From an uncultured Prevotellaceae bacterium (GTDB taxonomy: Bacteria; Bacteroidota; Bacteroidia; Bacteroidales; Muribaculaceae), in assembly GCA_900316835.1 (NCBI GenBank), contig ONEL01000002.1, positions 37,976 to 101,975 of the forward strand: a stretch of DNA of 64,000 bases. The letters run 5' to 3'. The notes below the pieces were generated by a model, which did no database searches, was not told the DNA's origin, and saw only the letters and a program-made list of their open reading frames with translations. The translations under genes and the position numbers were made by a program. Below are positions 53,827 to 62,754 of this stretch, in pieces (position 1 is the stretch's first letter; every line of letters begins with the position of its first letter).

Positions 53827-55110
53827 TTATTTTCCAAAGGCATCGCGAAGCACTTGCACATAGTCAAGCTTTTCCCATGTGAAGAGCTCTACCTCGATGG
53901 TGCGGTCACCCTCGTAGAGCGACTTGAAATGCTTCTTTACAACCTGAGGCTCACGACCCATGTGGCCATAGGCGGCAGTCTCTTGATAGATGGGGTTGCG
54001 AAGCTTCAAGCGGGTCTCTATGGCATGAGGAGTCATTGCAAAAATACGTTGCAATATTTGCGCAATCTGAGCATCGCTCATGGCAACATGGCTCGTGCCG
54101 TAGGTGTTAACATACAGGTTTACTGGCTCGGCAACGCCAATAGCGTAAGATACCTGTACTAGCATCTCGTCGGCTATGCCGGCAGCTACGGCGTTCTTGG
54201 CAATGTGGCGAGCGGCATAGGCGGCACTGCGGTCTACCTTGCTGGGGTCCTTACCACTGAATGCGCCACCTCCATGTGCTCCACGACCACCGTAGGTGTC
54301 GACGATAATCTTGCGGCCAGTGAGACCTGTGTCGCCATGAGGACCGCCAATCACGAACTTTCCTGTGGGATTTACCTTCAAGTCGAGATTTTCATCAAAG
54401 AGTTGCTGCACTTTTTCGGGCAACTTGGCGATAACACGTGGCAACAAGATGTCGTTGATGTCCTGCTTGATGCGGGCGAGCATTTGCTCGTCGGCTTGCT
54501 CTTGGCTCAAGCTGTCACTAGCTTTGATGAAATCGTCGTGCTGGGTGCTGATGACGATGGTGTTAATGCGCACGGGCTTGTGGCTTTGGTCATCATATTC
54601 CACTGTCACTTGGCTCTTAGCGTCGGGGCGAAGATAAGCAATCTCACCACTCTTGCGCAATGCTGTCAGTTCGCGCAGCAGCATGTGGGCAAGGTCGAGT
54701 GTCAACGGCATGTAGTTAGGAGTCTCGTTGCATGCGTAACCAAACATCATTCCCTGGTCGCCAGCGCCTTGCTCCTCGCTAGTGGCACGGTCCACGCCAC
54801 GGTTGATGTCGTCGCTTTGCTCATGTATGGCCGAGAGCACGCCACACGACTCGGCGTCAAATTTATACTCGCTTTTAGTGTAGCCAATCTTGCTAATCAC
54901 TTGGCGAGTAACTTCCATCAGGTCGATGTAGGTTTTACTCTTTACCTCGCCAGCTATTATCACCTGGCCAGTGGTAACGAGGGTCTCACATGCTACTTTG
55001 CTCTGAGGGTCAAAGGCCAGGAAGTGGTCAAGCAGAGCATCACTAATTTGATCGGCAACCTTGTCGGGATGACCTTCCGACACCGATTCGCTTGTAAACA
55101 AATAGTTCAT
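53827..55110 (-). CDS. metK: S-adenosylmethionine synthetase
   Basis: 427 aa with signatures [26 protein letters not shown] and [16 protein letters not shown]. Confidence 0.97.
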   Translation of the reverse strand: MNYLFTSESVSEGHPDKVADQISDALLDHFLAFDPQSKVACETLVTTGQVIIAGEVKSKTYIDLMEVTRQVISKIGYTKSEYKFDAESCGVLSAIHEQSDDINRGVDRATSEEQGAGDQGMMFGYACNETPNYMPLTLDLAHMLLRELTALRKSGEIAYLRPDAKSQVTVEYDDQSHKPVRINTIVISTQHDDFIKASDSLSQEQADEQMLARIKQDINDILLPRVIAKLPEKVQQLFDENLDLKVNPTGKFVIGGPHGDTGLTGRKIIVDTYGGRGAHGGGAFSGKDPSKVDRSAAYAARHIAKNAVAAGIADEMLVQVSYAIGVAEPVNLYVNTYGTSHVAMSDAQIAQILQRIFAMTPHAIETRLKLRNPIYQETAAYGHMGREPQVVKKHFKSLYEGDRTIEVELFTWEKLDYVQVLRDAFGK

Positions 55111-55130
55111 TTTTCCAAATTGTTTTTAAT

Positions 55131-55288
55131 GTGGAAAAACGCTAAAGGGGCTGTGAAAGATTTGAGGGATAATTCGCAGTTTTAGCATTTTTTTTAAGTG
55201 GTTGCAAGCAGCCAAATTTTTCCACTGAGTTAATACTTGTTTATTTAGCACCTAGGGATCCTTTGCCCCAAATGCGGCTGCAAAGATA
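55131..55288 (-). promoter_or_regulatory. long structured metK leader with a candidate -7 box; possible SAM-responsive riboswitch (class not assignable by eye)
   Basis: TATCTTTG is on the minus strand at 55281..55288. A 9-bp long-range pairing (GTGGAAAAA at 55217..55225 with TTTTTCCAC at 55131..55139, minus-strand sense) encloses ~77 nt. A GGUGCUAA segment is reminiscent of S-box elements. Confidence 0.3.
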
Positions 55289-55354
55289 ATGCTTTTATCT
55301 TGATAAAGAAAATTTTCAGTACTAATTTTTTTCAATTACATTTTTCTGTCATTT

Positions 55355-55408
55355 TTTGCTGACCAACTTGTGCAATATTGACACAGGCTGGCTCTTTTCA
55401 ACATGTGC
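55355..55408. repeat. 54-bp direct repeat, copy 1 (downstream flank of the R-M operon)
   Basis: tttgctgaccaacttgtgcaatattgacacaggctggctcttttcaacatgtgc. It matches 62316..62369 at 51 of 54 positions (hand alignment) and ends 2 nt from the hsdR stop. Confidence 0.9.
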
Positions 55409-55410
55409 AT

Positions 55411-58400
55411 TTATGCAGTCTGTGGGATGATGACGGTGTGGATGGTGTCGATGTACTTGGCGAGTGGCAGCATATAGGGGGTGAATACTGACAGCCTCTC
55501 GTCGAATGGTGCTTCGTTCACTACTATCTCTTTGGTAATGTCTCCGTTCTCGCAAACATAGGAGATAATCGTCATTAAGAAATCTTCTTGCTCAGCGTTC
55601 AACTCGTTTCCTGATATGAACTCAGAGAAACGACGTACAGCGTTCTTGCGGTCAACTCCTAATATCGAGCGAATGAAGATTGCAACATTGCTACCACAAG
55701 GCATACCGTTGGTGAACTTGTTGTAATCATCTTTGCTTCCAAGTTCTTGCCACAGGATGCGTTCAAGTTCGTCAACATCAGCCTTCGTCAATTGCTCCAT
55801 GTCGTAAATCTTTTGCAGCACAGGAAGGTTGCGGTTCTGAGACAAGAAGTCAAGAACGTTCTGCTTGTACGACACACGAGGTGTGATACCATCGATTGTT
55901 CCCTCGTCGCTGATTGTGTCCTCAATGTCAACCGAGAACCATTTATTGTCGCCACCCATCAAGAACTTAACCAAGTCTCGAAGGTCTTTCCTCACCTTTT
56001 CGAGCCAATTGAGGGAGACATTCTGCCAAGCGACTTCACTCAACACTTCTTTAATGGTGGCCATCTTGGATTGCACTTGTGGCAGCGTAGCTTTCTCTTG
56101 CAGTTTCTCGGCTATGGTCTGAACGTTTTGAACTGCCTTGACACAGTTGGTCTCGCCATCGAGCAACGACAATTCGATTAGCATTGTCAGCACGTCAAAC
56201 TTCTTGGCACTCTCGTCAAGGGTGTTCTTGGGCAGCAATGGTGCTATCTCATTACTGAGGGTGTTAACGTCAACCTCTGAGATATATGCCCAATTATCAT
56301 CATTCTTGAAATGGCTGACATCAGCCCACTTCTCTCTAACTGAGATATGGCTGTCGCTGAGAGCTGCCACTTGCTCTTTAAGCACTGCCTTAGTCTCGTC
56401 GTGCAGTTGCTTGGCAAATTCATCCTCTTGCCACTTTTGGTGCTGCAATTGGAACGCTATCCTTGAACGCAATGAGAATATCTTTTCGGTGAGCGATGGA
56501 ACAGTCTTAGCCTTATTGCCATCGGGATTCTTGTCAAAAAACTCAAAGTTTCTGCACCAATCGAAGATATAGAAGAACTCTTTATCTTGCCCCGGTCCGT
56601 ATATATCCTTTGACAGTCGTGTACCTCGACCTATCATCTGCATAAACTTGATTTTGCTCTTTACTATCTTGAAGAACACAAGGTTCAGCACGTCGGGAAC
56701 GTCGATACCTGTGTCGAGCATATCTACACTCACGGCTATCTGTGGATTACCATCTCTAATCTCGAACTTGTCGATAAGGTCTTTGGAGTAGGTAACATAG
56801 TTGTCGATAAGGGCACAGAATTCGCTGCTCTCGCTTGCATACTCGGGATATAAGGCATAGAAACGCTCAACTATCATTTCAGCGTGGCGATGGTTGTAGG
56901 CAAAGATAATGGTCTTGCCTATACGCTCTCCACTCTGCACCTTCAAGCCGTTCTCCATTAAGTCTTGCAGTACCTTGTCGATAGTGTCCTCATTGAAGAT
57001 ATAACTGAAAATCTCGTCGCTGCGAATATCACGCTTGGCACTATACTCTCCACCGCCATCAATAGCCTTTTTCGCTTGCTCATATTCCCACACCTTTTCA
57101 AGTTGTTCTTGTTCCTTTGGGCTGAGGTCTTTGTACTTGATGCCGTCTTTCAATATCAGTGAGCCACGTTTGAAGCCACGATAGTTCACAAGATAGCCCT
57201 CTGACACAGCATCCTCAAGCTCATAGGCATAGTTTGGTACACCCTGTTCCATTTGGAATGTCTCGTAGGTGCTGCGGTCAACTTCATCTCTCGGTGTCGC
57301 TGTCAAGCCCACGAGCAGAGCATTAAAGTAGTTGATTATTGCCGTGTATTTTCCGAAGATTGAACGGTGAGCCTCGTCGATGATAATCAAGTCGAAACGA
57401 CCAACCGAGAACGCTTTCTCGTCACGGTCAATGTAGTTAATCATCGTTTGATAGGTCGAGAATGTTATTCGTGCAGTGGTGTCGGGGTCTTTATCCTCGC
57501 TCAGCACCGATGTTGTCATGTGTGGCAACAGCTTCACAAAGTTCTTGTGTGCTTGGCTTACCAACGGGATCCTGTCGGCAAGGAACAGCACGTTCTTTAC
57601 CCATCCGTTGCGTGCAAGCACATCGACGAGTGAGATTGATACCCTCGTCTTTCCTGTTCCCGTCGCCATCACAAGCAGCCCACGACGATGCTTTGTGTTG
57701 AAATGCTCACACACGCTCTTAATTGCCATCTTTTGATAATGGCGGTCGGTGATATTGTCTTTAACGCTGAAATCGGTTATGTCGTGTCGCTGACGTTTCT
57801 GTATCAGCAACTCTAAATCGCTCTCGGTGTGGAACGCATAGAGGCGACGAGGTGGATAGCCTAAACCGTCGATGATATAGGTCTCAAAGCCGTTGGTATA
57901 ATATATTACAGGTCTAATGCCATAACGCTTTTCGAGGCAGTCGGCATAGAGTTCGGCTTGGTGCTTACCCTTGATGGGTGATACGCTTGTGCGTTTGGCT
58001 TCAACAACGGCAAGTGGCAGACCATTGGCAGCAAACAGCACATAGTCGCAGTAGCCCACACCCTCATTGTTTGGCATACCTTCAACCTCGACTTCAATGC
58101 AAGCCTTTGAAGGCTGTATCGCACCTTCGGTATCGAGAACTTCCCACCCTGCTTCTTTGAGCATTAGGTCGATATAGAGTTTGCGAGTTTCAGCTTCGCT
58201 GATGTCAAGTGCAATTTCTTGCACAGGAGTCTTATCCACGACAGCCTCTTTACTGGCAGCCTTGACGACAGTAGACTCAGCAGTCACCTCAACAACCTTA
58301 GGTGCCGTAACGATTGGTGCTTGTGGACTCTTGGGGATTAAGGTGTCGTCGAATGGTGCTATTGAGTCGATGACTCTCAACTTGAGCAAGATTGCAGCAA

Positions 58401-58746
58401 CGACATTATAGATATTGAGGAGGCAGAAGAAAGACTCTCGCTTAGTCACTGGCGTGTTGTGAGCAGCGTTATTGCCCACTTTGCGCACATAGTGGACTGA
58501 CATCATCACTCGCTCATCACCTATAAACTCACGGAACGTTTCACCATCTACAAGTTCAAAGAGCGATGCCCTCTCGGGAATCTCCACGTTCTTCATTAGG
58601 TACAGCGCACGGACAATGTACTCCAATGCCTTTCTCGCACTGACAGCACTGAGCTCGGGATTGCTAACTTGCAATTCTTCGGCCGACGAACAAAACTTGT
58701 GAAGGTCGGTCAAGCCTAATTCTTGTAGATAGTCGAAGTTACGCAT
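55411..58746 (-). CDS. hsdR: type I restriction enzyme R subunit
   Basis: 1111 aa. It has an N-terminal helical DUF4145-like module (VRKVGNNAAHN), a PD-(D/E)xK nuclease region (CDYVLF...VVEAKR), and SF2 motifs MATGTGKT, IIIDEAHR and QMIGRGTR. Confidence 0.92.
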   Translation of the reverse strand: MRNFDYLQELGLTDLHKFCSSAEELQVSNPELSAVSARKALEYIVRALYLMKNVEIPERASLFELVDGETFREFIGDERVMMSVHYVRKVGNNAAHNTPVTKRESFFCLLNIYNVVAAILLKLRVIDSIAPFDDTLIPKSPQAPIVTAPKVVEVTAESTVVKAASKEAVVDKTPVQEIALDISEAETRKLYIDLMLKEAGWEVLDTEGAIQPSKACIEVEVEGMPNNEGVGYCDYVLFAANGLPLAVVEAKRTSVSPIKGKHQAELYADCLEKRYGIRPVIYYTNGFETYIIDGLGYPPRRLYAFHTESDLELLIQKRQRHDITDFSVKDNITDRHYQKMAIKSVCEHFNTKHRRGLLVMATGTGKTRVSISLVDVLARNGWVKNVLFLADRIPLVSQAHKNFVKLLPHMTTSVLSEDKDPDTTARITFSTYQTMINYIDRDEKAFSVGRFDLIIIDEAHRSIFGKYTAIINYFNALLVGLTATPRDEVDRSTYETFQMEQGVPNYAYELEDAVSEGYLVNYRGFKRGSLILKDGIKYKDLSPKEQEQLEKVWEYEQAKKAIDGGGEYSAKRDIRSDEIFSYIFNEDTIDKVLQDLMENGLKVQSGERIGKTIIFAYNHRHAEMIVERFYALYPEYASESSEFCALIDNYVTYSKDLIDKFEIRDGNPQIAVSVDMLDTGIDVPDVLNLVFFKIVKSKIKFMQMIGRGTRLSKDIYGPGQDKEFFYIFDWCRNFEFFDKNPDGNKAKTVPSLTEKIFSLRSRIAFQLQHQKWQEDEFAKQLHDETKAVLKEQVAALSDSHISVREKWADVSHFKNDDNWAYISEVDVNTLSNEIAPLLPKNTLDESAKKFDVLTMLIELSLLDGETNCVKAVQNVQTIAEKLQEKATLPQVQSKMATIKEVLSEVAWQNVSLNWLEKVRKDLRDLVKFLMGGDNKWFSVDIEDTISDEGTIDGITPRVSYKQNVLDFLSQNRNLPVLQKIYDMEQLTKADVDELERILWQELGSKDDYNKFTNGMPCGSNVAIFIRSILGVDRKNAVRRFSEFISGNELNAEQEDFLMTIISYVCENGDITKEIVVNEAPFDERLSVFTPYMLPLAKYIDTIHTVIIPQTA

Positions 58747-58765
58747 AGTGTTTCTTTTTTATTTT

Positions 58766-58828
58766 TCTAGATTTTATAGAACTACTAGCCATTCTAGAAT
58801 TTCTAGATTAGCTAGATTTTCTAGATAT
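58766..58828. repeat. tandem array of seven 9-bp TCTAGA-core units (downstream flank of the 4HB-suffix gene)
   Basis: TCTAGATTT TATAGAACT ACTAGCCAT TCTAGAATT TCTAGATTA GCTAGATTT TCTAGATAT. The last units encode the C-terminal EISRKSS and the stop of 58808..59488. Confidence 0.85.
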
Positions 58829-59488
58829 TTCTTCTTTCAGTTGAGCTATTATAGTGTTGAGCCTTTGTATCTCGGCTTTTAGAGTGGCAATTTCTTTGTT
58901 GGCGGCGGCAAGTTCTTCTTTTTTGTCGGCGCGGTATCCAAGTCTTGCCGCTGTCATTCGTTCCTTGATGCCTCCTTCGGTGACGAAGTCGCTTTCAAGG
59001 TTTGTGATATAGGTCATCATCATCTTGTCGGTCATGCGGCACAGTGTGTAACCGATATTTGCCATTTCCTCATCGCTCCAGGAGTCGAAATAGGGCTCAT
59101 AATCTTCAACATCGTTGTGCTCACGGCAAAACTCCAGCATGCCATCGAAGCGGTTATGTCTTGAGTGCCATAGTGGGAGTTTGTGGCTGAGAAGATAGTC
59201 GCTGTAGTCCTCCTGTAGCTCTTTGATACTGGCGCGGGCAACATTGAGGAGTTTGATTTCCATCTCGGCAGAGGTTACGCCGTCGGCGGAACCCTCAACG
59301 ATGTTCTGCTTTCCCGAGCGTGCGGCTTGTACCATCTGATCGACGGTGCGGTCTCCATGCTGAGGCAAGAAACGCTTGGTGAAAACCGTCGTGAGCTGAA
59401 ACACCGTCAATGCCTTGCGGTAAAACCACAAGTTGTTCCAGTTGACCTGCTTGCGAAGGATTTTATATTTATTATCTTTATTGTCCAT
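58808..59488 (-). CDS. four-helix-bundle protein with a C-terminal suffix domain and coiled coil
   Basis: The start is moved to the ATG at 59488 (MDNKDNKYKIL). The core WFYRKALTVFQLTTVF...DQMVQAARSGKQNIVEGSADGVTSAEMEIKLLNVARASIKELQEDYSDYL resembles the 23S-IVS four-helix-bundle family plus the suffix-domain type. It sits between hsdS and hsdR. Confidence 0.7.
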   Translation of the reverse strand: MDNKDNKYKILRKQVNWNNLWFYRKALTVFQLTTVFTKRFLPQHGDRTVDQMVQAARSGKQNIVEGSADGVTSAEMEIKLLNVARASIKELQEDYSDYLLSHKLPLWHSRHNRFDGMLEFCREHNDVEDYEPYFDSWSDEEMANIGYTLCRMTDKMMMTYITNLESDFVTEGGIKERMTAARLGYRADKKEELAAANKEIATLKAEIQRLNTIIAQLKEEISRKSS

Positions 59489-59503
59489 TTTCTTTATTAT
59501 TAC

Positions 59504-59584
59504 TCTAGTTAATCTAGTATATCTAGTTTTTCTAGTATATCTAGTTTTTCTAGTATTTCTAGTGCTTATAGTTCTCCTAGTCAA
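59504..59584. repeat. tandem array of nine 9-bp TCTAGT-core units (upstream flank of the 4HB-suffix gene)
   Basis: TCTAGTTAA TCTAGTATA TCTAGTTTT TCTAGTATA TCTAGTTTT TCTAGTATT TCTAGTGCT TATAGTTCT CCTAGTCAA. The reverse complement reads ACTAGAnnn, so it is inverted relative to 58766..58828. The array contains the hsdS stop codon. Confidence 0.85.
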
Positions 59585-60728
59585 ACCAATAATCCATGCG
59601 GCTGTCGAAAAGCGTCTGCACCTCGTCAATGGATTGTTGAATAAGTGTCTTCTGTCGCTCTATTGACTCTAACCTTTCAACAAATGATTCTTGAAGATTT
59701 TTAGGAGGAAGAATCTGACTGAAAGATTTCATAATATTTGTGTTTAAGTTTGGTTGTGTTCCGTCGGGTGCTAAATCTCTAAAATACATTGTACAATGGT
59801 TCAGAGATTTCAGCAAAAACACTTTGTTTAATTCTTTCTCATTGATATTCATAAAGGCTAACCAACCATCATGAATACATCCATCAAAATTGATAATACG
59901 TGCAAACCCCAAAGACACACCACAATTTGCAAAGATTAAACTCCCCTTTGGGATATACCTTGTTTTATTTAAACCTTCTTTAATAATATGCTCTTTGGTG
60001 GAATAAAGATATATGTCATCGCCTTTAGTTGCGTCTCCTATCTTAATCCATGGAATATCTCCACCTAAGTACTTATTAATTGGTCTTGGGGAACCACCTC
60101 TGACTATCTCACATACTTCACCCATTTTTTTTACATCCCAGCCTTTTTCATTGGTGATGGGGTCGCCAAACATATCATAGAAGATGGATTGAGCGAGTTG
60201 GTCAAGTTCTTTGAGTTGTGCCTTTTTCTTCTCTATAATGCTGCTCAACAAGTCCAATTCAGCAACTATACGCTCCTGCTCAGCAAGAGGGGGAATTGCT
60301 ATTTTTTGTTTAGAAATTGTAGCCTTATTCAATGTTAGACCCATTACTGCCTTATTGGTACCACTCCATTGATAGCCCTGCAAATAGTAGTATAGGAATA
60401 ATGAATCTAAAATAAAGCCCTCGTTAACATTGAATGCCATTATGGCTTCATTAGTGTATAAATCTTTTCTCACAATAGCACATTTTCCTACAGTGAGTTT
60501 AAAACTCATTATGACTGTTCCTTTTTTAACTAACTTAATACCTGATTTAACAACTGCTTCATTTGTGATGTGTTCTTTTGAATCATCTATATATTTTCCA
60601 TCTATATCTCGAATTGATACCCAAATGTTGTCACCACCAAATAGAGAAGGATTCTTTCTATCAGGTGTCCTGCCCATTTGTAAGTCAAAGACTTCGCCAA
60701 ATGTTTTATATGTCCATCCCTCTTTCAT
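59577..60728 (-). CDS. hsdS: type I R-M specificity subunit
   Basis: 383 aa. Two target-recognition domains are separated by conserved helices (LAEQERIVAELDLLSSIIEKKKAQLKELDQL; LQESFVERLESIERQKTLIQQSIDEVQ). It overlaps hsdM by 4 nt and is AT-rich. Confidence 0.9.
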   Translation of the reverse strand: MKEGWTYKTFGEVFDLQMGRTPDRKNPSLFGGDNIWVSIRDIDGKYIDDSKEHITNEAVVKSGIKLVKKGTVIMSFKLTVGKCAIVRKDLYTNEAIMAFNVNEGFILDSLFLYYYLQGYQWSGTNKAVMGLTLNKATISKQKIAIPPLAEQERIVAELDLLSSIIEKKKAQLKELDQLAQSIFYDMFGDPITNEKGWDVKKMGEVCEIVRGGSPRPINKYLGGDIPWIKIGDATKGDDIYLYSTKEHIIKEGLNKTRYIPKGSLIFANCGVSLGFARIINFDGCIHDGWLAFMNINEKELNKVFLLKSLNHCTMYFRDLAPDGTQPNLNTNIMKSFSQILPPKNLQESFVERLESIERQKTLIQQSIDEVQTLFDSRMDYWFD

Positions 60729-62218
60729 AGATACTTCTCTTTAAACTCGGCCATTGCGTTGTTTATTTCTTCTTGCAGTGAGGCGATTTTGTTATAAATG
60801 ACGTCGGGTGCTTCGTATTCGACCTTTACTCGCTCAACTTCCTTGTACTTGTTAATGCTGAGGTCGTAGTCGTTGTCTTGAATGTCCTTGACGGGAACGA
60901 GGAACGATTGGTCTTTGCGAGTTCTTGATTCTTCTGCCTTCAAATCCTTGAAACGAGCAATCACGTCGGGTATGTCGTTCTCGGCACACTCGGTGCGTTT
61001 TTGGTCGAGGGTATAGCCATCGGCTTTCATGTCATAGAACCACACCTTGTCGGTTCCACCAGCGTTGGTCTTGGTGAAAATCAAGATAGCAGTTGAGACT
61101 CCCGAATAGGGTTGGAACACTCCACTTGGCATTGAGATTACCGCTTGCAGACGTTGATTGTCGACAAGTTCTTTCCTCAATGCTTTATGGGCTGAACTGT
61201 TGCCAAACAACACACCGTCGGGAACAATCGAGGCACAGCGACCACCCATTTGCAGCATACGGATGAACAGACTCACAAACAGCAACTCGGTCTTCTTGGT
61301 CTTGGTGATAGCAAGTAGCGATTTGCTCACAGCGTCGTAGTCCAAACTTCCTGTGAATGGTGGGTTGGCAAGACACAAAGTGTAGCGGTTCTCGTCGGTG
61401 TTGTCGGTTGAGAGGCTATCACGATACTGAATGTCGGGGTTGTCAACTCCATGAAGCATTAAGTTCATAGCACCGATGCGCAACATGGTGAAATCGGTGT
61501 CGAAGCCGTGGAGCATGTGGTTCTTGTAGTTGTCGGCATTCTCTCGCTTGAGCAGTTCGCTCTTGTAATGCTCTTGCACATACTTGGCACTCTCAACGAT
61601 GAACCCTGCGCTGCCCATAGCGGGGTCGCAAATGGTGTCTTTCAATGTGGGCTGCATCAACTCGACCATCATGCGGATAATGTGACGAGGTGTACGGAAC
61701 TGACCATTGTTGCCAGAGGCTGCCATCTTGCCAAGAATATATTCATAGGTATCGCCCATCGTATCACGGTTGTTCATGTCGAGGTGGTCTATACCCTCGA
61801 CAATTTTGGTCAACGTGCGAGGGCTCTGGATAAGGAAGGTGGCATTCTCCATAAAACGGCTGTAGGCACTCTCCTTGCCCTCATTGAGCGTCTTGATATA
61901 GACAAACACGTCCTTGCTCACGAGACGGAACATCGTTTCGGGGTCCTTGTTCTTGAACACACTCCAGCGCAAGTCGTTGAAGGGCACGTCACGGTCGGTC
62001 TCAGGATTGTGCCACGAGCCATACTTGAAAGTGGGTTCGCTCACCGCAACACCAAAGGCATTAGCGTTAGCCTCACGAGTGCGCTGAGCATCGTCGAGCA
62101 TCTTCATGAAGAACAGATAAGTCATCTGCTCGAGGATGGTTATTGAGTTAGTTATACCGCCAGTCCAAAAGGTATCCCAAATGCTATCGATACGGTTTTT
62201 GATTTCGCCTGTTATCAT
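60725..62218 (-). CDS. hsdM: type I R-M N6-adenine DNA methyltransferase subunit
   Basis: 497 aa. It has an HsdM N-domain, the SAM-binding motif DPAMGSAGF and the catalytic motif LANPPFTGS. Confidence 0.95.
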   Translation of the reverse strand: MITGEIKNRIDSIWDTFWTGGITNSITILEQMTYLFFMKMLDDAQRTREANANAFGVAVSEPTFKYGSWHNPETDRDVPFNDLRWSVFKNKDPETMFRLVSKDVFVYIKTLNEGKESAYSRFMENATFLIQSPRTLTKIVEGIDHLDMNNRDTMGDTYEYILGKMAASGNNGQFRTPRHIIRMMVELMQPTLKDTICDPAMGSAGFIVESAKYVQEHYKSELLKRENADNYKNHMLHGFDTDFTMLRIGAMNLMLHGVDNPDIQYRDSLSTDNTDENRYTLCLANPPFTGSLDYDAVSKSLLAITKTKKTELLFVSLFIRMLQMGGRCASIVPDGVLFGNSSAHKALRKELVDNQRLQAVISMPSGVFQPYSGVSTAILIFTKTNAGGTDKVWFYDMKADGYTLDQKRTECAENDIPDVIARFKDLKAEESRTRKDQSFLVPVKDIQDNDYDLSINKYKEVERVKVEYEAPDVIYNKIASLQEEINNAMAEFKEKYL

Positions 62219-62315
62219 GGGTGGTCTTTTTAGTTTAACTTACAAAGATACACATTTTTTGAATACATTTGGACAAGATGATAATAAATCAACCAAAATG
62301 AAATCATAATTGAGC

Positions 62316-62369
62316 TTTGCTGACCAACTTGTGCAATATTGGCACAGGTTGGTTCTTTTCAACATGTGC
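62316..62369. repeat. 54-bp direct repeat, copy 2 (upstream flank of the R-M operon); the better hairpin of the two
   Basis: tttgctgaccaacttgtgcaatattggcacaggttggttcttttcaacatgtgc. ACCAACTTGTG pairs with CACAGGTTGGT (11 bp, one G-U pair) around the loop CAATATTGG, followed by TCTTTTC. In copy 1, two stem positions are mismatched. Confidence 0.9.
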
Positions 62370-62381
62370 TCAAATAAAACA

Positions 62382-62420
62382 CCAGCGAGATAAACTGATT
62401 ACTCTTGTTTATCTCGCTGG
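62382..62420 (-). terminator. perfect 14-bp-stem hairpin, probable terminator of the upstream minus-strand gene
   Basis: CCAGCGAGATAAAC (62382..62395) pairs with GTTTATCTCGCTGG (62407..62420). On the minus strand it is followed by TGTTTTATTTG. Confidence 0.55.
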
Positions 62421-62754
62421 CGTTAAGCGGTTTTGACCTAAATACAAGCCTTAATACTCCTCCTCGTTGAAAACTTGGCCTTCTATTGATTATCAGCAAC
62501 TTACGCTCAAATTAACTATTTTTAGCCAAGCAAACCGCACTATCTGAGGCGATGTAGGGCGATTATAAGGCAAATTGGACAAACAAACTCATTAGATTCT
62601 TGTCCCTTAACAATATCACCTAATTTGCAGCGATTTACAAAATTTACATCCAAAAATGTAAAGTTGGGTGTTTTCTATTTGGATAGTCACAAGCACAGTT
62701 CAATTGTAAAAAGGAGTGGTGGACCATATTCCTTCTCTGAGCGAGTCTCACTCA

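Noticed and set aside
54205-55185. A 326-aa plus-strand ORF, and similar long ORFs at 33927..34805, 32805..33680, 48430..49284, 1475..2272, 8652..9332, 29959..30627, 52778..53515, 61508..62146 and 10043..10489.
   Set aside because: All lie antisense to, or out of frame within, strongly supported genes (metK, susD, susE-like, M16, and others). Their compositions are V/G/H/L-rich or low-complexity, typical of shadow ORFs. They have no motifs and no promoter boxes.
55355-55408. Reading the 54-bp repeat as the terminator of hsdR or hsdM.
   Set aside because: The hairpin's T-tract is on the plus strand, while all adjacent genes are on the minus strand. On the minus strand the hairpin is followed by A-rich or mixed sequence.
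59489-59629. The N-terminal 47-aa extension of the track ORF 58808..59629 (…TRNTRKTRYTRKTRYTRLTRVIIKK).
   Set aside because: It is the literal translation of the 9-bp tandem array and overlaps the end of hsdS. The family-typical sequence starts at the ATG at 59488.
59577-60728. A phase-variable hsdS shufflon.
   Set aside because: There is only one hsdS copy, no silent half-hsdS genes, no recombinase, and no inverted repeats inside hsdS in this window.
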